NCBI GenBank assembly: GCA_964016885.1
Contig: OZ024743.1
Span: forward strand, 155,434,001 to 155,498,000
DNA from: Eledone cirrhosa
Lineage: Eukaryota
DNA length: 64,000 nt
Reading direction: 5' to 3'
Position numbers and translations under genes: made by a program. The notes below the pieces were generated by a model. It was not told where the DNA came from. It saw only the letters and a program-made list of their open reading frames with translations, and searched no databases. Shown here in pieces: positions 1 to 14,701 of the stretch (position 1 is the stretch's first letter; the number at the start of each line of letters is the position of its first letter).

Positions 1-2390
1 AGCAATCCTTTTAAATGTCCGACGTTGAGCTCGTCCTTTAGCTGAAGTGACTCTCTGTGTCCTCTTAAAGGTAGATTATGAGTCGCTAAGAATTTGATAC
101 AGTGGAAAATTCTAGTTAAAATATCGCGCCACTTCTGTCTTTCATTTTTTATCTGTAACTGAAATTCCGCGTCATTAAGCCCGTCATTTACTGCGACTTT
201 TCTCCCCATTTCTTTCCGTAGTGTAAATCATTCACGATGATTCTTAGAATTTTCGCGACTCCGCATTCTTTCTGGTCCTTTCCAGTTATTAATCCCGCAT
301 TCTTGCTCTAACGACGATTGATGCTCTGATCGCGAAAAGAGAAGACAGCCTATGAAGAAGGCGGACTTTTTTGAAGGAGAGTAAGAAAGCCATGAGCGAT
401 TTACTTCCTCACCACGACCATTTCCTAGTTTTCTCTTGAACCAACTCTTGTTCATTGCCCGTTTATTTGTATAGTAAAAAGGGCCTTCAATATTTTGAAA
501 GTATTTCCAGCCCAGTGATAATATCTCCATTCTCTGCGTGTCAGAGAGAATTGCTTTCCCGATAGTCATCTTGAATTTCAATAGACCGATATCACGTTGC
601 TCAATAACGTCCTGCATTCCATTTAAAGGTTTCTCAAATTCAATAAATATGTTCCTCTCAGTTCCACATGGCATCGTTTCAGCGTTAACCTTGATACCAT
701 CGGCTTCACAGCAACATTCTCCCTCTGATCCAGATGTACAACGATCTCTTTAACAATTTCACTTTCCACCTCTTTCGGCTTTAATTGACTTGATGTGAAT
801 TCATTATCGTCAGATGCGCTTGTATTCATTACTCCTTCCGCTTCAAATATGTTAGTAAACGGCTCATACGTCTCCGTAAAATTTGCGGAGCAACATGGTT
901 CAGGCCTTGCGAAATAGGACAGCATCATCTGGCTTGACTTCTTGGCTTCTTCTGCCTCCAGCTTGCTCCTCTTCCGTCCTTCAGCTCCACATTCCTTTTT
1001 GCCGATAAAACGTTTCGTTTATGCGGTGACAATAACATACAAAGTCTGAAAATGGAAATAAATCATGAGTGTACATTTTAACTATTTTAGTACAACGTAT
1101 TTAGCAATCCAACTTCGGTGTTAACTTTATTATATAAACCAGTGACAGACATTAGTAATCAACAGTGTATCAAGAATTTAAAATCATATTCGAAAAATTC
1201 GTTTTCAGTTCATTCCACAACAGTTTTTTAATTATAAACTGCAAAAAGTCAAATCTAAACTTCTTATATTAGCTTATGTAAATCAGAGCTAATCCCACAT
1301 TCTGCGCTGATATGGCAATATTGACTTAATTTTGTGCAAACATCACAAGGGATGCAGGACTCAATCTTGGGATGAAGCAGTATACGTCTGTAGTGATTTA
1401 GTGGAACTCTCTTGCCTTGTAACTAGGCCGTGCATAGTTATCTTCCCGTGGCTCCAACGTCACGGCGTCCCCTTTCCAACTCAGCCTTGGTGCTGAGCGG
1501 ACGCAGATGGCGTTTGCTCTGTCCGTACGCACGTGATGGGATCCCCACCATGGGACCGCACGTGCCGATCATTTAAATCCTCATTAGGACTTAACACACA
1601 CAGGTATGAATTTGATTATATGTAACATAAACATTCAACTTAGCACACTAATAAACGTATTCATTTATACATCGTTGATAATCTCTGCTGTCTCCTTTAT
1701 TCATTCATATACAAATGCAAAACCAATTAACATCTTTATCCAGTGAACTGTAACTGCATACATCACACGAAGCCTTTCATCAAAACATTTATATTATATT
1801 ATAAAAGAAAACATTGAACCATCTAAGCTGGAGTCAAATTGAATTCCTAATAGAAGCTATATGATCCTATCTGGTCATTTGGATTATGATACCTACTCTA
1901 TAGGTCTCATGTACCAGTTGTAAAAGACAAACTACTCTGTTTTGTAAACCAGCTTCATAATTATAATTATCTTGTATTGGTCATTGCAATGCATTGCTAA
2001 AAATAGCGCCTGCGTGTCCACCAGTTGCACGTCCAAAACTACGTCCCTTCAGTCAGTGTGTGTGTGAGTGTGTGTGTGCGTGTGTGTGTGTGGGGAGGGT
2101 CACGTGAGGTATCCGGTGTTTTGTAATGTATAGCTAAAAATAGCGCCCGCATAATTGCAACCCTCCCAGCTGTCAGTGTGGAGGAGGCGAGGTGAAGTCA
2201 AATCAGACATTTGCTCTGTCTAGTGCACTAGACATGGCGTGGAAGTCGGCTGTCAAGAAATCACATGCTTCATTATTTTTGGCTTATATTTTTTTAAAAT
2301 GATAAAAACGACATAGATGTAAATCGATCTAGGTCAAAATAAGGCACCCGTGGCATGTGCCCTGCTTTCTACACCCTAGCTACGCCATTG
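1..2390 (-). mobile_element. hAT-superfamily DNA transposon remnant (5' part; ZMYM1-like/TTF-zinc-finger transposase), truncated by the window edge
   Basis: Minus-strand ORFs 623-928 and 228-674 give RSWLSYSPSKKSAFFIGCLLF and GINNWK...ENSKNHRE (TTF-type Zn finger region). LKFLATHNLPLRGHRE-like sequence follows at ~50-100. Terminus at 2375-2390 reads CAATGGCGTAGCTAGG on the minus strand, like hAT TIRs of the CAGTGGCGTAGC type. Frameshifted. Confidence 0.8.
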
Positions 2391-3070
2391 CTTAGTATAC
2401 ACTCCGCCATACATATTTCAAAAGAAAAGGAGAAAGGAAAAGAAAGAACATGTAGCAAGAACGTTTTATTTTTTTTAAGTTTAAAAAAAAGAAGCTTTCA
2501 ACAACCATTCGAACGGAGGGCTATATCAAAGATGTTTTCACTCACACACTGGACTCAGGGTAGCGTGCGTAGCCAAGACGCCGCACATTTATGGGCAGAT
2601 GGGAAAAGAAAACTCCATTGAAAGTCAAACATGCTCAGACATGCTCAGACAGGCAAACAGGCAAACATGCTCAGACAAATACATCGACCCATTCATGCAC
2701 ACACCCGTGCTCATGCATGTCTCTCTGGCCACACATACATACCGGGTGCTGAATACCGGATGCATATACTTGATGAGTACCCCCCCCCCATCCGTTCCCC
2801 CACGCGCTGCTGCGCAGATGGTGCTCACAGTATTGTATGAGACAACGCATTTGAGGGCCCCATTGATCGTGACTCGGGCTGATCGCCCGAGAAACATTTG
2901 TAATATGTGAAATAAAATCGTTTCCTCGCCTCACTGACTTTCCTTTTTCTGTGATATCATACTCTGCTCTATGAGGGCATTGAGTGTTTATACTGCCTAC
3001 CGCATACGGACGCTTTAAGCATCCAACACCAATTATATACATATATATGTACATATACATATATATATAA

Positions 3071-4047
<977 letters not shown>

Positions 4048-4061
4048 GTGAGTATTAAATT

Positions 4062-4166
<105 letters not shown>

Positions 4167-4559
4167 GTATATATATATGTATATATATATATATAATATA
4201 TATACAAACGTATATATATAATATATATATACAAACATATATATATATATATATATACGATAAAGTATGTCTATAGAATTATTTGATAAACTCTAGACAT
4301 TATTTCCTCTTCAAATCAGCATAATCAACCACACAAAAAAACAATTAAACAGGGCTATGAGATTAAAAGCCACCTATGCAGAAACAATAGAGAAATGAAC
4401 GATAGGTATCTATCCGCGATCAACAGCCATAGAATACTTACCCACCATTTCACATAGCACGTGGAAATTGATTAGATATATCGTCAACCATACACAATTA
4501 GGTACAAAATCAAAGTTACAAGAAAAAATGTGTATAAGCATACCAACATTATGTTTCTA

Positions 4560-4633
4560 CCCTATGATATTTCATTCGCTTTTTGGAAATATCCGATCAA
4601 GGATAAATACATGAGTTTCGAAATCATCAGGAA
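4560..4633 (-). ncRNA. Candidate degenerate hammerhead ribozyme with long loop II
   Basis: Minus strand: CTGATGA-TTTCG...CGAAT-GAAA-TATC-ATA-GGG. Stems I and II are weak. Confidence 0.3.
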
Positions 4634-4641
4634 ACAAACTC

Positions 4642-4696
<55 letters not shown>

Positions 4697-4699
<3 letters not shown>

Positions 4700-5253
4700 A
4701 GTGTAATTTTCTACACAAAACGAAGGTTATAGAGAAAATTGAGGTTGGTAATGCCACATGGAATATATAAGAGACAGAATACTTTTTTGTGAAAAAACAT
4801 ATCATTTTATAAGGTAAGGAAATAATAAAGTGTATAAAAAATGACCGGTTTCGATGGGTCTGCAAAAGCCATCTTTTCAAATGTTGATTAATATTAAGAA
4901 AAATTAATAATACGAAGAGTTAAAATTTGAGATTTGAAAATTCAAGTATAAAATTCATTGTGGGATTTCATAGTAGTTTTCATCTAGGTGGCAACAAAAG
5001 GTTGACTGCTGTGTCCCTTTCTGGTAGTGAGTGAGAAGTTATTTGGGGTGTGGGTTATTTTATAAAGGTCAGATTTAGCAATGGCGAACTGGCCAGCTGC
5101 TGGTCAGTGAGGGGGTGGAAGCAATATACATACATATATCTTCCTGTGGTGGGTAGGAGAGTGGAGCGTGATAGAAAGGGATTTAGTGCCCTTACACTTT
5201 TATATACACACATACCTTCATCCACACATACATACATATACATATACATACAC

Positions 5254-5286
<33 letters not shown>

Positions 5287-5325
5287 CTCACATACACACA
5301 CATACACACACACATACATATACAT

Positions 5326-5358
<33 letters not shown>

Positions 5359-5363
5359 TACAA

Positions 5364-5416
<53 letters not shown>

Positions 5417-5479
5417 TATATGTACATACACATACATCCAGATACACACATACATACACACACACACACACATATATAT

Positions 5480-5523
<44 letters not shown>

Positions 5524-5560
5524 CCACACACATATATATATACACACATGTATATATATA
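4697..5560 (-). mobile_element. Inverted copy of the 3' non-coding region/pseudo-LTR of PLE family B
   Basis: Reverse complement of ~12250-13122 (spurious ORF 4644-4880- mirrors 12973+). Contains the HHR at 4838-4885 and ends in (TA)n at ~4696. Confidence 0.85.
4838..4885 (-). ncRNA. Minimal type I hammerhead ribozyme (U3-A8 variant), PLE family B
   Basis: AACAT-TTGAAAA-GATGG(cttttgcagac)CCATC-GAAAC-CG-GTC-ATTTT. Mirror of 12968-13015. Confidence 0.7.
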
Positions 5561-5561
5561 T

Positions 5562-8500
5562 ATAAAAATACGTATTTAAGAAAGCCACAACAATGCAAAC
5601 GGAAATCTCGAGGTAGGAAGTGAAATATAGATAGGAAAAACAGGTGAAAGTGAAAGTTGAGAGAGACAAAGATGAAAACAAAACAAAGGTAGAAGGGTTA
5701 CCGTAGTAGAGATTTAATCCCAATATTTCGGGCTCACGCCCATCAACGGGGATGAAGTTCCAAAAGGGGGGAAAACAGGCCAAGCGGAGAAAGTGGTGAT
5801 GTCGTTAAGACAGGAATGCCGTTATGGGGAGAAAAATATTTAAAATGTAAACGAGGGAAAGAATGCGCGTGCGCGTGATAGGCTGTGGCAAAAGCTACTG
5901 ACCAAATGGGTTAAATCAAGAGGGTGCGTTAGCGTGTGAAAGCCGTAAGATATGTGTATGTAAATATATATGTGTGTGTAACTGTGTGTGTATAAGTGTA
6001 AGTGTGTATATGTGTGAGTGTGTGTGTGTGAAAGATAGTGGGCTGTAGAAGTTGGAAATCAAAGGGTGTGAAAGGTGGTAGGTTGTAAAATATGTGTGCG
6101 TGTATAAATATAGATGTGTGTGTGTAAGCGTATGGGTATACATGTGTGTGTATATGTGTGAGTGCGTTTGTGTGTGAAAGATAGTGGGCTGTAGAAGCTG
6201 GAAATCAAAGGGTGTGAAAGGTGGTAGGTTGTAAAAACATGTGTGCGTGTATACATATAGATGTGTGTGTGTATGTATGCGTATGGGTATGCATATACGT
6301 GCGTGTGTGTGAAGATAGCAGGCCGTAGGCTGTGAATGGTCATTATGGTTAAGTTAGCCATGTCAGCTCATTTCTGTCAGCCCGGTTGTTAAGTGGGGGT
6401 CTGAGGTTCTTAATAACAAGTGCTTCCTCTATCCTTAAGGATCCGATGCTGCGTTCAGTCGCTAGGACTGTGACCAAGGGCATACCCTGTGGGTTTCCGC
6501 ATTTAAGGATATGTTTACGGAAGGAAGATGCGTTGGTGTTGATATGTTCCTTGATACGAACATGTAGGGGTCGGATGGTGCTACCTATGTAAAACTTGTT
6601 ACATTTATCGCATTGAATCTTATATACGACATAGGTGCGTAGGCAATCTGCCCCCCGTATCGGGCAGTTGCTGAGGGAACACGTCCCATCTGCCTCGTAG
6701 GGTTTGTTGGAAAGGCATCTTCGCAGCGAAGGTCCTGTGTGGGCCAAATGTATGTCAAGTCCCTCCGTCCGTATGGCCCTGCGGATGGCGTTCGTGGTAT
6801 ATTCACTCAGGTGGAGGATTTTAAAGAAGCACCTGCTAATATTAAGTTTTCTAGTGGGTGTCAGTCTACTGGGTCTGGGGTCTCTAATTCCGTTAATCAG
6901 TCGCTTGGGTTAACCATTAGATCTGAGTAGATTACGGAATTGCGTGGTATGGGTGAGACCACCCATCGTATCGCTGCATCTGTTAGTGATCCGTGTCAGT
7001 TCATTTAGGACATAGCCTCTCTTAGCGTTGTTGGGGAGGGCTGAGTTATAATGCACAAATAAGTCCTTGCACGCTGCTTTGCGGTAGAAGGTCGTGTTTA
7101 TGTCTCCTTCTTCCGAGATGTTGATACGGAAGTCGAGGAGGGCGAGTGACCCGTCTTCTCCTGGGTGTTCGATGGTGAAATCGATGTGCTGGTCAGTATC
7201 GTTGAAGATTTGGTGAATTTCATTCGCCATCTCCCGGGAAGAGGTAAGTATCAGGATATCATCAACGTATCTGGAGTAGAAGGCGACGGCGTTGGGTTAG
7301 CATGTATTGAGTGCCTTGCGTTCCAGGTGGTCCATGTACGAGATCGCAAGTATGCCGGACAGACTAGAGCCCATAGGTAGCCCAGAGTATGTTTGTACGT
7401 GTCGCCGAGGAAATTGAAGAGTGCATTATCCACAACGAAGGAGAGGAGTTGGTGGATGTCCGTGTGTGTGAGTCCGAAGCAGTGTAAGTTAGATGCTCGG
7501 ACTCGTTCGGTCAACAGGTCGACAGCTGGGAATGCTGGTACGGAGGTATAAAGGGCGACCTCATCAAGACTGAAGGCATAACCGTTGTCCTTTCTGGTGT
7601 TGGGCGCCAGATGGTGTAGTCGCTCCAAGACTTCCTTGGAGCTGCAGACGTGGGCTGGTAGTGTGTGTAGAATAGGTTTCAGTAGTGTGGAGAGCAGCCA
7701 CGATATTTTGTAGAGTGGGCCCTCCACGCTAGAGACAATGGGCCTGATTTTCAAATCGGGTCCTTGTTTATGTGTTTTGACCAGGTGGTAGAAGGTGGGT
7801 AATTTGCTGTTTCGAGTCATTATGTTGTTTTTTACCTTCTTTGGCAGTTTTCGTTGGACACAGATGTTAGTCCATATGGTGTTAATGCCTTCCTCGATTA
7901 GAGTCGAGGAGGTCCCTGTGACTTTCGAGTAGAGGCTGTGGTCATTAAGATGTTGGAGAGCTAAATTGTTGTAGGTCTCTCTCGAGATGACACAGAATTC
8001 TTTCCCCTTGTCAGAGGGAAGGTACACAAGGTTCCTGGATCTTAGGTTGGTGAGAGTATTACATTGTGCATTGGTGAGGTTGCGTTTATTGTGTGTGTGT
8101 GTGTGTTGGGAAAGGATGTTAGAGATAGAATGTTTCAACCTGAGTAGTTTAGTGTCAAGTTCGTGGTTGGTGGGTGGGGGGTGGAGTGGGTTGTCGAGGT
8201 GATAAGTGGGGAGTGTGGGTGGGTTGTGGGGTTGTAATCGATCTCGGTGTTGTTTTGGATGGCGGTTAGCCATTTCAGTTGATAAGCTGTCCGACAGAAG
8301 TTGGTTTCGATGTCGAGTTTCAGTCTATCACCGAGACGCTGTGTAATGATGAACTTGGGTCCGAGGCGCAGAAGTTCGAGTTCGTCGTTGGTGAGGGTAC
8401 CGGTTAAGTCAGTCGGTAACGAGGTGTGAAGCAACGTTGGTAGGTAGATCGATGTTGGGGGGTGTAGCGGAGGGTGTTGTATAGCTGTTGCCCCTGGTGT

Positions 8501-10883
8501 GGTTGTAGTCGGTCCGTCTGTGGGAGCGGATGTTGTCAATGTAGTATTTGTTTACAGTCCATTCGTATTTCCGTATAAGGCGCTGTTTATCAAATTTGAC
8601 TCTGGTGTGGTAACACTGATCTATAGCTTTGCGTATATCCTGGACTTGGTGGTCAGGGGTGAGGGTTGGAGCTATACGATCTAAGTGCTCAGAAAGCGTT
8701 TGTATATGGAGTCGCAGTTGGTCGTGGTTGTGTCGTAGTATTTTCTTGATAAACGTGCGTTGAATGTGGCGGATGGTGTTTTCGAAGGATGGTGATCGTA
8801 AACATTCGGGTAGATCTATATTCCTGATGGTGGTTGGAATGATGTTGTTCTTTAGACAACGTTTTAAGAAGGTAATTTGGCAACCGAGTTTGGCACTATT
8901 CTCCGATAGTCTGAATAGGTCCCTTATGGGTGAAAACAAGTCCTGGCTCAGGTGTAATGATAAGATGGTGTTAAAGTTTGCTTGAAGCATTGTGAAATGT
9001 GTAAAAATACGTATTTAAGAAAGCCACAACAATGCAAAGGGAAATCTCGAGGTAGGAAGTGAAATATAGATAGGAAAAACAGGTGAAAGTGAAAATTGAG
9101 AGAGACAAAGATGATAACAAAAAAAAGGTAGAAGAGTTACCGTAGTAGAGATTTAATCCCAATATTTCGGGCTCACGCCCATCAACGGGGGAAAAGTTCC
9201 AAAAGGGGGGAAACAGGCCAAGCGGAGAAAGTTGTGATGTCGTTAAGACAGGAATGCCGTTATGGGGAGAAAAATATTTAAATTTTAAACGAGGGAAAGA
9301 ATGCGCGTGCGCGTGATAGGCTGTGGCAAAAGCTACTGACCAAATGGGTTAAATCAAGAGGGTGCGTTAGCGTGTGAAAGCCGTAAGATATGTGTATGTA
9401 AATATATATGTGTGTGTAACTGTGTGTGTATAAGTGTAAGTGTGTATATGTGTGAGTGTGTGTGTGTGTGAAAGATAGTGGGCTGTAGAAGTTGGAAATC
9501 AAAGGGTGTGAAAGGTGGTAGGTTGTAAAATATGTGTGCGTGTATAAATATAGATGTGTGTGTGTAAGCGTATGGGTATACATGTGTGAGTGCGTTTGTG
9601 TGTGAAAGATAGTGGGCTGTAGAAGCTGAAAATCAAAGGGTGTGAAAGGTGGTAGGTTGTAAAAACATGTGTGCGTGTATAAATATAGATGTGTGTGTGT
9701 ATGCGTATGGGTATGCATATACGTGCGTATGTGTGAAGATAGCAGGCCGTAGGCTGTGAATGGTTATTATGGTTAAGTTAGCCATGTCAGCTCATTTCTG
9801 TCAGCCCGGTTGTTAAGTGGGGGTCTGAGCTTCTTAATAACAAGTGCTTCCTTTATCCTTAAGGATCCGATGCTGCGTTCAGTCGCTAGGACTGTGACCA
9901 AGGGTCTACCCTGTGGGTTTCCGCATTTAAGAATATATGTTTACGGAAGGAAGATGCGTTGGTGTTGATATGTTCCTTGATACGAACATGTAGGGGTCGG
10001 ATGGTGCTACCTATGTAAAACTTGTTACATTTATCGCATTGAATCTTATATACGACATAGGTGCGTAGGCATTCTGCCCCCCGTATCGGGCAGTTGCTGA
10101 GGGAACACGTCCCATCTGCCTCGTAGGGTTTGTTGGAGAGGCATCTTCGCAGCGAAGGTCCTGTGTGGGCCAAATGTATGTCAAGTCCCTCCGTCCGTAT
10201 GGCCCTGCGGATGGCGTTCGTGGTATATTCACTCAGGTGGGGGATTTTAAAGAAGCACCTGCTAATATTAAGTTTTCTAGTGGGTGTCAGTCTACTGCGT
10301 CTGGGGTCTCTAATTCCGTTAATCAGTCGCTTGGGATAACCATTAGATCTGAGTAGATTACGGAATTGCGTGGTATGGGTGAGACCACCCATCGGGTCGC
10401 TGCATCTGTTAGTGATCCGTGTCAGTTCATTTAGGACATAGCCTCTCTTAGCGTTGTTGGGGAGGGCTGAGTTATAATGCACAAATAAGTCCTTGCACGC
10501 TGCTTTGCGGTAGAAGGTGGTGTTTATGTCTCCTTCTTCCGAGATGTTGATACGGAAGTCGAGGAGGGCGAGTGACCCGTCTTCTCCTGGGTGTTAAATA
10601 TTTTTCTCCCTATAACGGCATTCCTGTCTTAACGACATCACAACTTTCTCCGCTTGGCCTGTTTCCCCCCTTTTGGAACTTCTCCCCCGTTGATGGGCGT
10701 GAGCCCGAAATATTGGGATTAAATCTCTACTACGGTAACCATTCTACCTTTGTTTTGTCTTCATCTTTGTCTCTCTCAATTTTCACTTTCACCTGTTTTT
10801 CCTATCTATATTTCACTTCCTACCTCGAGATTTCCCTTTGCATTGTTGTGGCTTTCTTCAATACGTATTTTTACACATTTCAC
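5562..10883 (-). mobile_element. Composite Penelope-like element, family A, locus 1: pLTR + full ORF + pLTR + 5'-truncated copy (all minus), then a short inverted pLTR piece (10594-10883, plus)
   Basis: pLTRs at ~5562-6348 and ~9000-9775. RT/GIY-YIG copies at 6349-8990 and ~9776-10593. Inversion junction at ~10593. The 3' end abuts (TA)n at 5561. Confidence 0.92.
6349..8990 (-). pseudogene. Penelope-like RT + GIY-YIG endonuclease ORF, disrupted by frameshifts/stops
   Basis: Pieces: MLQANF..., LLRLGPKF, LPSDKG, KTHKQG...IRPIVSS, FSLDEVALYTSVP, LDFRI..TTFYRK, VVYKIQCDKCNKFYIGSTIRPLHVRIKEH (GIY-YIG). Confidence 0.92.
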
Positions 10884-12184
10884 AAAGTCACCCAAAACAT
10901 ACAAAACTTAACATTCCTTACAATTTGGCCAAACGTATATGTACCATAGTATCAGATCCACCTAAACGGGAGCAAAGACTAAAGGAACTAAAATACACCC
11001 TTATCTTAAGAGCCTTTCAACTTGAAATAATCAACAATGGAATAGACAAGGCAAAACATCTAAATCCCCATCAACTTAACAATCCAAAACAGAAAACCAC
11101 ACTCAACACCCTGCCATATGTATCCACTTTCAACCCCAGAAATACCGAAATGTTTGATCACCTACACAAAAACCTCCCCATCCTACTTAAAGATGTAAAA
11201 ATGAAGTCTATTCTTGAAACACACAAGATCCTTGAAAGTAAAAGACAACCCAAATCACTTAAACGCATTCTCACTGGACCATATATACCCAAACCAATCC
11301 TCAACCCTACAGTTACCAAATGTGGTAGAACAAACTGTGGAACGTGCCTCTACATCACTGAAGGACAAACATTTCCATTCAAAGATGGCCAAACATTTAC
11401 AGTAAAAAACAATTTCACCTGCAACTCGGAGAACTTGATTTACGCAATAACTTGTGGTGGTTGCAAACACAACTAGATAGGACAGACGGGCACTTCATTA
11501 CGCAAAATAATGACCATCCACCGCCAACAAATCCGGGACGCTAACACAAGAAAAATCCCCTTGAGCAGCCATATTGCGAACTGCGCAGGAATGACACTAC
11601 CCAACTTTAAAATCTTCCCCTTCTACAAGTGCTCAGATTCGTTCACACAGCAACAAAGAATAAACAAAGAAAATCTATTCCTTAACAAATTTAAACCAAC
11701 ACTAAACGGGTTATCACCCCAATAGAATTGTCATAAAATATAAACACACATACGCACGGAATCACTACTATTAAAGACCAGAGACCAATTTTGTAGAATC
11801 ACGTTTATTCGTTGACAGACCATGCCTTTGTGTGACCAACACATCCATGTTAAACCCTGCACGTGCACACACATACATCTATATATATATGCGCACACAG
11901 AATTCACCACTGTTGGTTGCGGGGCCCAATCTACATGAGGAACTCAATGTGATCAGAATGACTTGTATTTTAATTTCACTGTCCCAACTTCTTATATTAT
12001 GGAAAAAATATGTGTATGTATGTATATATATATATATATATTTGGAGGCCATTTCTCTGTGTGTGGGTGTATGTATGTGTATATGTGTGTGTGTGTGTGT
12101 TTGTGTGTGCATGTGGATGTACGTATTGTGTGTGCGTGTGTGTGTGTGTGTATGTATGTGTGTATCTGGATGTATGCGTATGTG

Positions 12185-12215
<31 letters not shown>

Positions 12216-12314
12216 ATATATATGTGTGTGTATGTGTATATATATAAGTGTGTGTGTGTGTTTGTATGTGTGTATGTATATGTATGTGTGTGTGTGTATG
12301 TATGTGTGGGTGTG

Positions 12315-12403
<89 letters not shown>

Positions 12404-13122
12404 ATTATGTGTGTATCTGGATGTATGTGTATGTATATATATGTGTGTGTGTATATATATATATATGTATATATGTGTGTGTATGTGTACATATGTGTGT
12501 GTGTGTGTATGTGTGTATGTATATGTATGTGTGTGTGTATGTGTGTGTATGTGTGTGTATGTGTGTATATGTATATATATATATATATATATGTATATGT
12601 GTATGTATATGTATATGTATGTATGTGTGGATGAAGGTATGTGTGTATATATAGGTGTAAGTGCACTAAATCCCTTTCTATCACGCTCCACTCTCCTACC
12701 CACCACAGGAAGATATATGTATGTTTATTGCTTCCACCCCCTCACTGACCAGCAGCTGGCCAGTTGGCCATTGCTAAATCTGACCTTTATAAAATAACTC
12801 ACACCCCCAAATAACTTCTCATTCACTACCAGAAAGGGACACAGCAGTCAACCTGTTGTTGCTACCTAGATGAAAACTACTATGAAATCCCACAATGAAT
12901 TTCATACTTGAATTTTCAAATCTCAAGTTTTAACTCTTCGTATTATTAATTTTTCTTAATATTAATCAACATTTGAAAAGATGGCTTTTGCAGACCCATC
13001 GAAACCGGTCATTTTTTATACACTTTATTATTTCCTTACCTTATAAAATGATATGTTTTTTCACAAAAAAGTATTCTGTCTCTTATATATTCCATGTGCC
13101 ATTACCAACCTCAATTTTCTCT
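10884..13122 (+). mobile_element. 5'-truncated Penelope-like element, family B (Neptune-like Cys linker + GIY-YIG) with microsatellite-rich 3' region and pLTR hammerhead
   Basis: SHPKHTKLNIPYNLAKRICTIVSD (RT C-terminus), TKCGRTNCGTC linker, FTCNSENLIYAITCGGCKHN*IGQTG...HRQQI, ending ...FKPTLN at ~11725. HHR at 12968-13015. Ends in (CT)n(TA)n. Confidence 0.85.
12968..13015 (+). ncRNA. Minimal type I hammerhead ribozyme (U3-A8 variant), PLE family B
   Basis: Stem I AACAT/ATTTT (1 mismatch), core TTGAAAA, stem II GATGG/CCATC, GAAA, palindromic stem III ACCGGT, GUC site (cleavage after 13010). Confidence 0.72.
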
Positions 13123-13133
13123 CTCTCTCTCTC

Positions 13134-13249
<116 letters not shown>

Positions 13250-13831
13250 AAATATCTGTGTGTATCATCAAAATATTGTACACACATAGATATTTTTTCA
13301 CTTTCCAATTGAGTACTACCACGTTGTCTGAATTCCTTTTAGAGTTCATTGTTATGCGCATGTATTTTTTTTTTGGGGGGGGCGGTAATGTACTTCCTCA
13401 TTTTTGAATCAGTTTGAGCATTTCTTTAGAACTGCTGGACTAGCAACCTGACAGATACCTCAGGCACTGATATGATTATCGCTAAATACTGATGTTGGTT
13501 ATATTATCAATATTAGTATTATTGGGGCACCCACTGATGAATTATAGGAGCCCACTTGAATATATATCTATTGATGGTATGCACGCTCCTACATAAATTG
13601 GTATAATTTCACCCAAATTGTAGGAATCCTATAATGAAACGAGACGTCCGTCTGGGAAGAGATATATTCGATATGTCTTATATGAAATAATACAGCCAAT
13701 TTTCCACGTAATACTTTTAGTTAGCACACCGAACGCATAATTAGGAATATAATCACTTATTTCCTAATGTGTGTTGAGTGAGTTGGAATTTGGCCGGAGT
13801 ATCACTAAACATCTTTCTCCGATATTGTATT

Positions 13832-13969
<138 letters not shown>

Positions 13970-14015
13970 ATATTAAAACAAGGAAATTAAACAAAAAACG
14001 GATAATTCATAGTAA

Positions 14016-14142
14016 AACTAACCCGTTTCTGGGGGTAGCACCCCGTATGGCCATTCAATTATTGATCTATGTGAAATATATTAAAACAATATCATATTAA
14101 GAAAAAATACATACGTCTTCACTACCCGCCGTCTTCAGAAAT
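14016..14142 (-). ncRNA. Candidate hammerhead ribozyme with ~80-nt loop II
   Basis: Minus strand: CTGAAGA-C-GGCGGGTAGTG...TGCTACCCCC-A-GAAAC-GG-GTT. About 50 bp from a (TA)n(GA)n tract. Confidence 0.5.
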
Positions 14143-14516
14143 AATGAGTTTTGTTTATTGAAGAATACAAAAAAACATACATATGAATAAGCGACGTTTT
14201 ATAACCAGGTTGATGTTGACCAATACTAAGAATAGGAAGGGGCAGTATATATCCTTAAGTTGGTAGTAGTAGATGAATAAATAAGCAGTCAGGGGATGAG
14301 GTATCGAATGACTTTTAAGAAAATATATGAAGGTTGCTAGTGTAAATGCATTTAGACATATTGTATATAAAAGTATTGATGGTCAAAGAAGATTAAGGTT
14401 GGAGGAAGAGGGGTACTGAGATTAGTGTGTTACATCTAGTAGAATGGAATAGAATAATCTTAAAATATTTGTTATTTCTTTGTTGTGAGAAATAATTTGT
14501 TCTAAAAATATATAAT

Positions 14517-14701
14517 TGTTTCTACGTTTGGCACAAGGCCAGCAAATACCCAGTGCATTACTGGTACTTTATTTTATCGACCCCGTAAGGATGAAAGGCA
14601 AAGTTAACCTCGACGGGATTTGAACTCAGATCGTAAAAGGACGTAACTATGCTGGAAAGCATGGCGTCCGACCTTCTACCAATACTGCTAAATCACCGCC
14701 A
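14517..14701 (-). mobile_element. tRNA-head SINE with Nin/Deu-like central domain, full length
   Basis: A box (TAGCAGTATTGG), B box (GAGTTCAAATCC) and core CTTTGCCTTTCATCCTTACGGGGTCGATAAAAT on the minus strand. TSD TGTTCTAAAAATATATAAT at 14498-14516 and 14702-14720. Confidence 0.88.

Noticed and set aside
1389-1602. GC-richer TGT...ACA segment inside the hAT element as a solo LTR
   Set aside because: No TSD or second copy is visible, so it cannot be supported.
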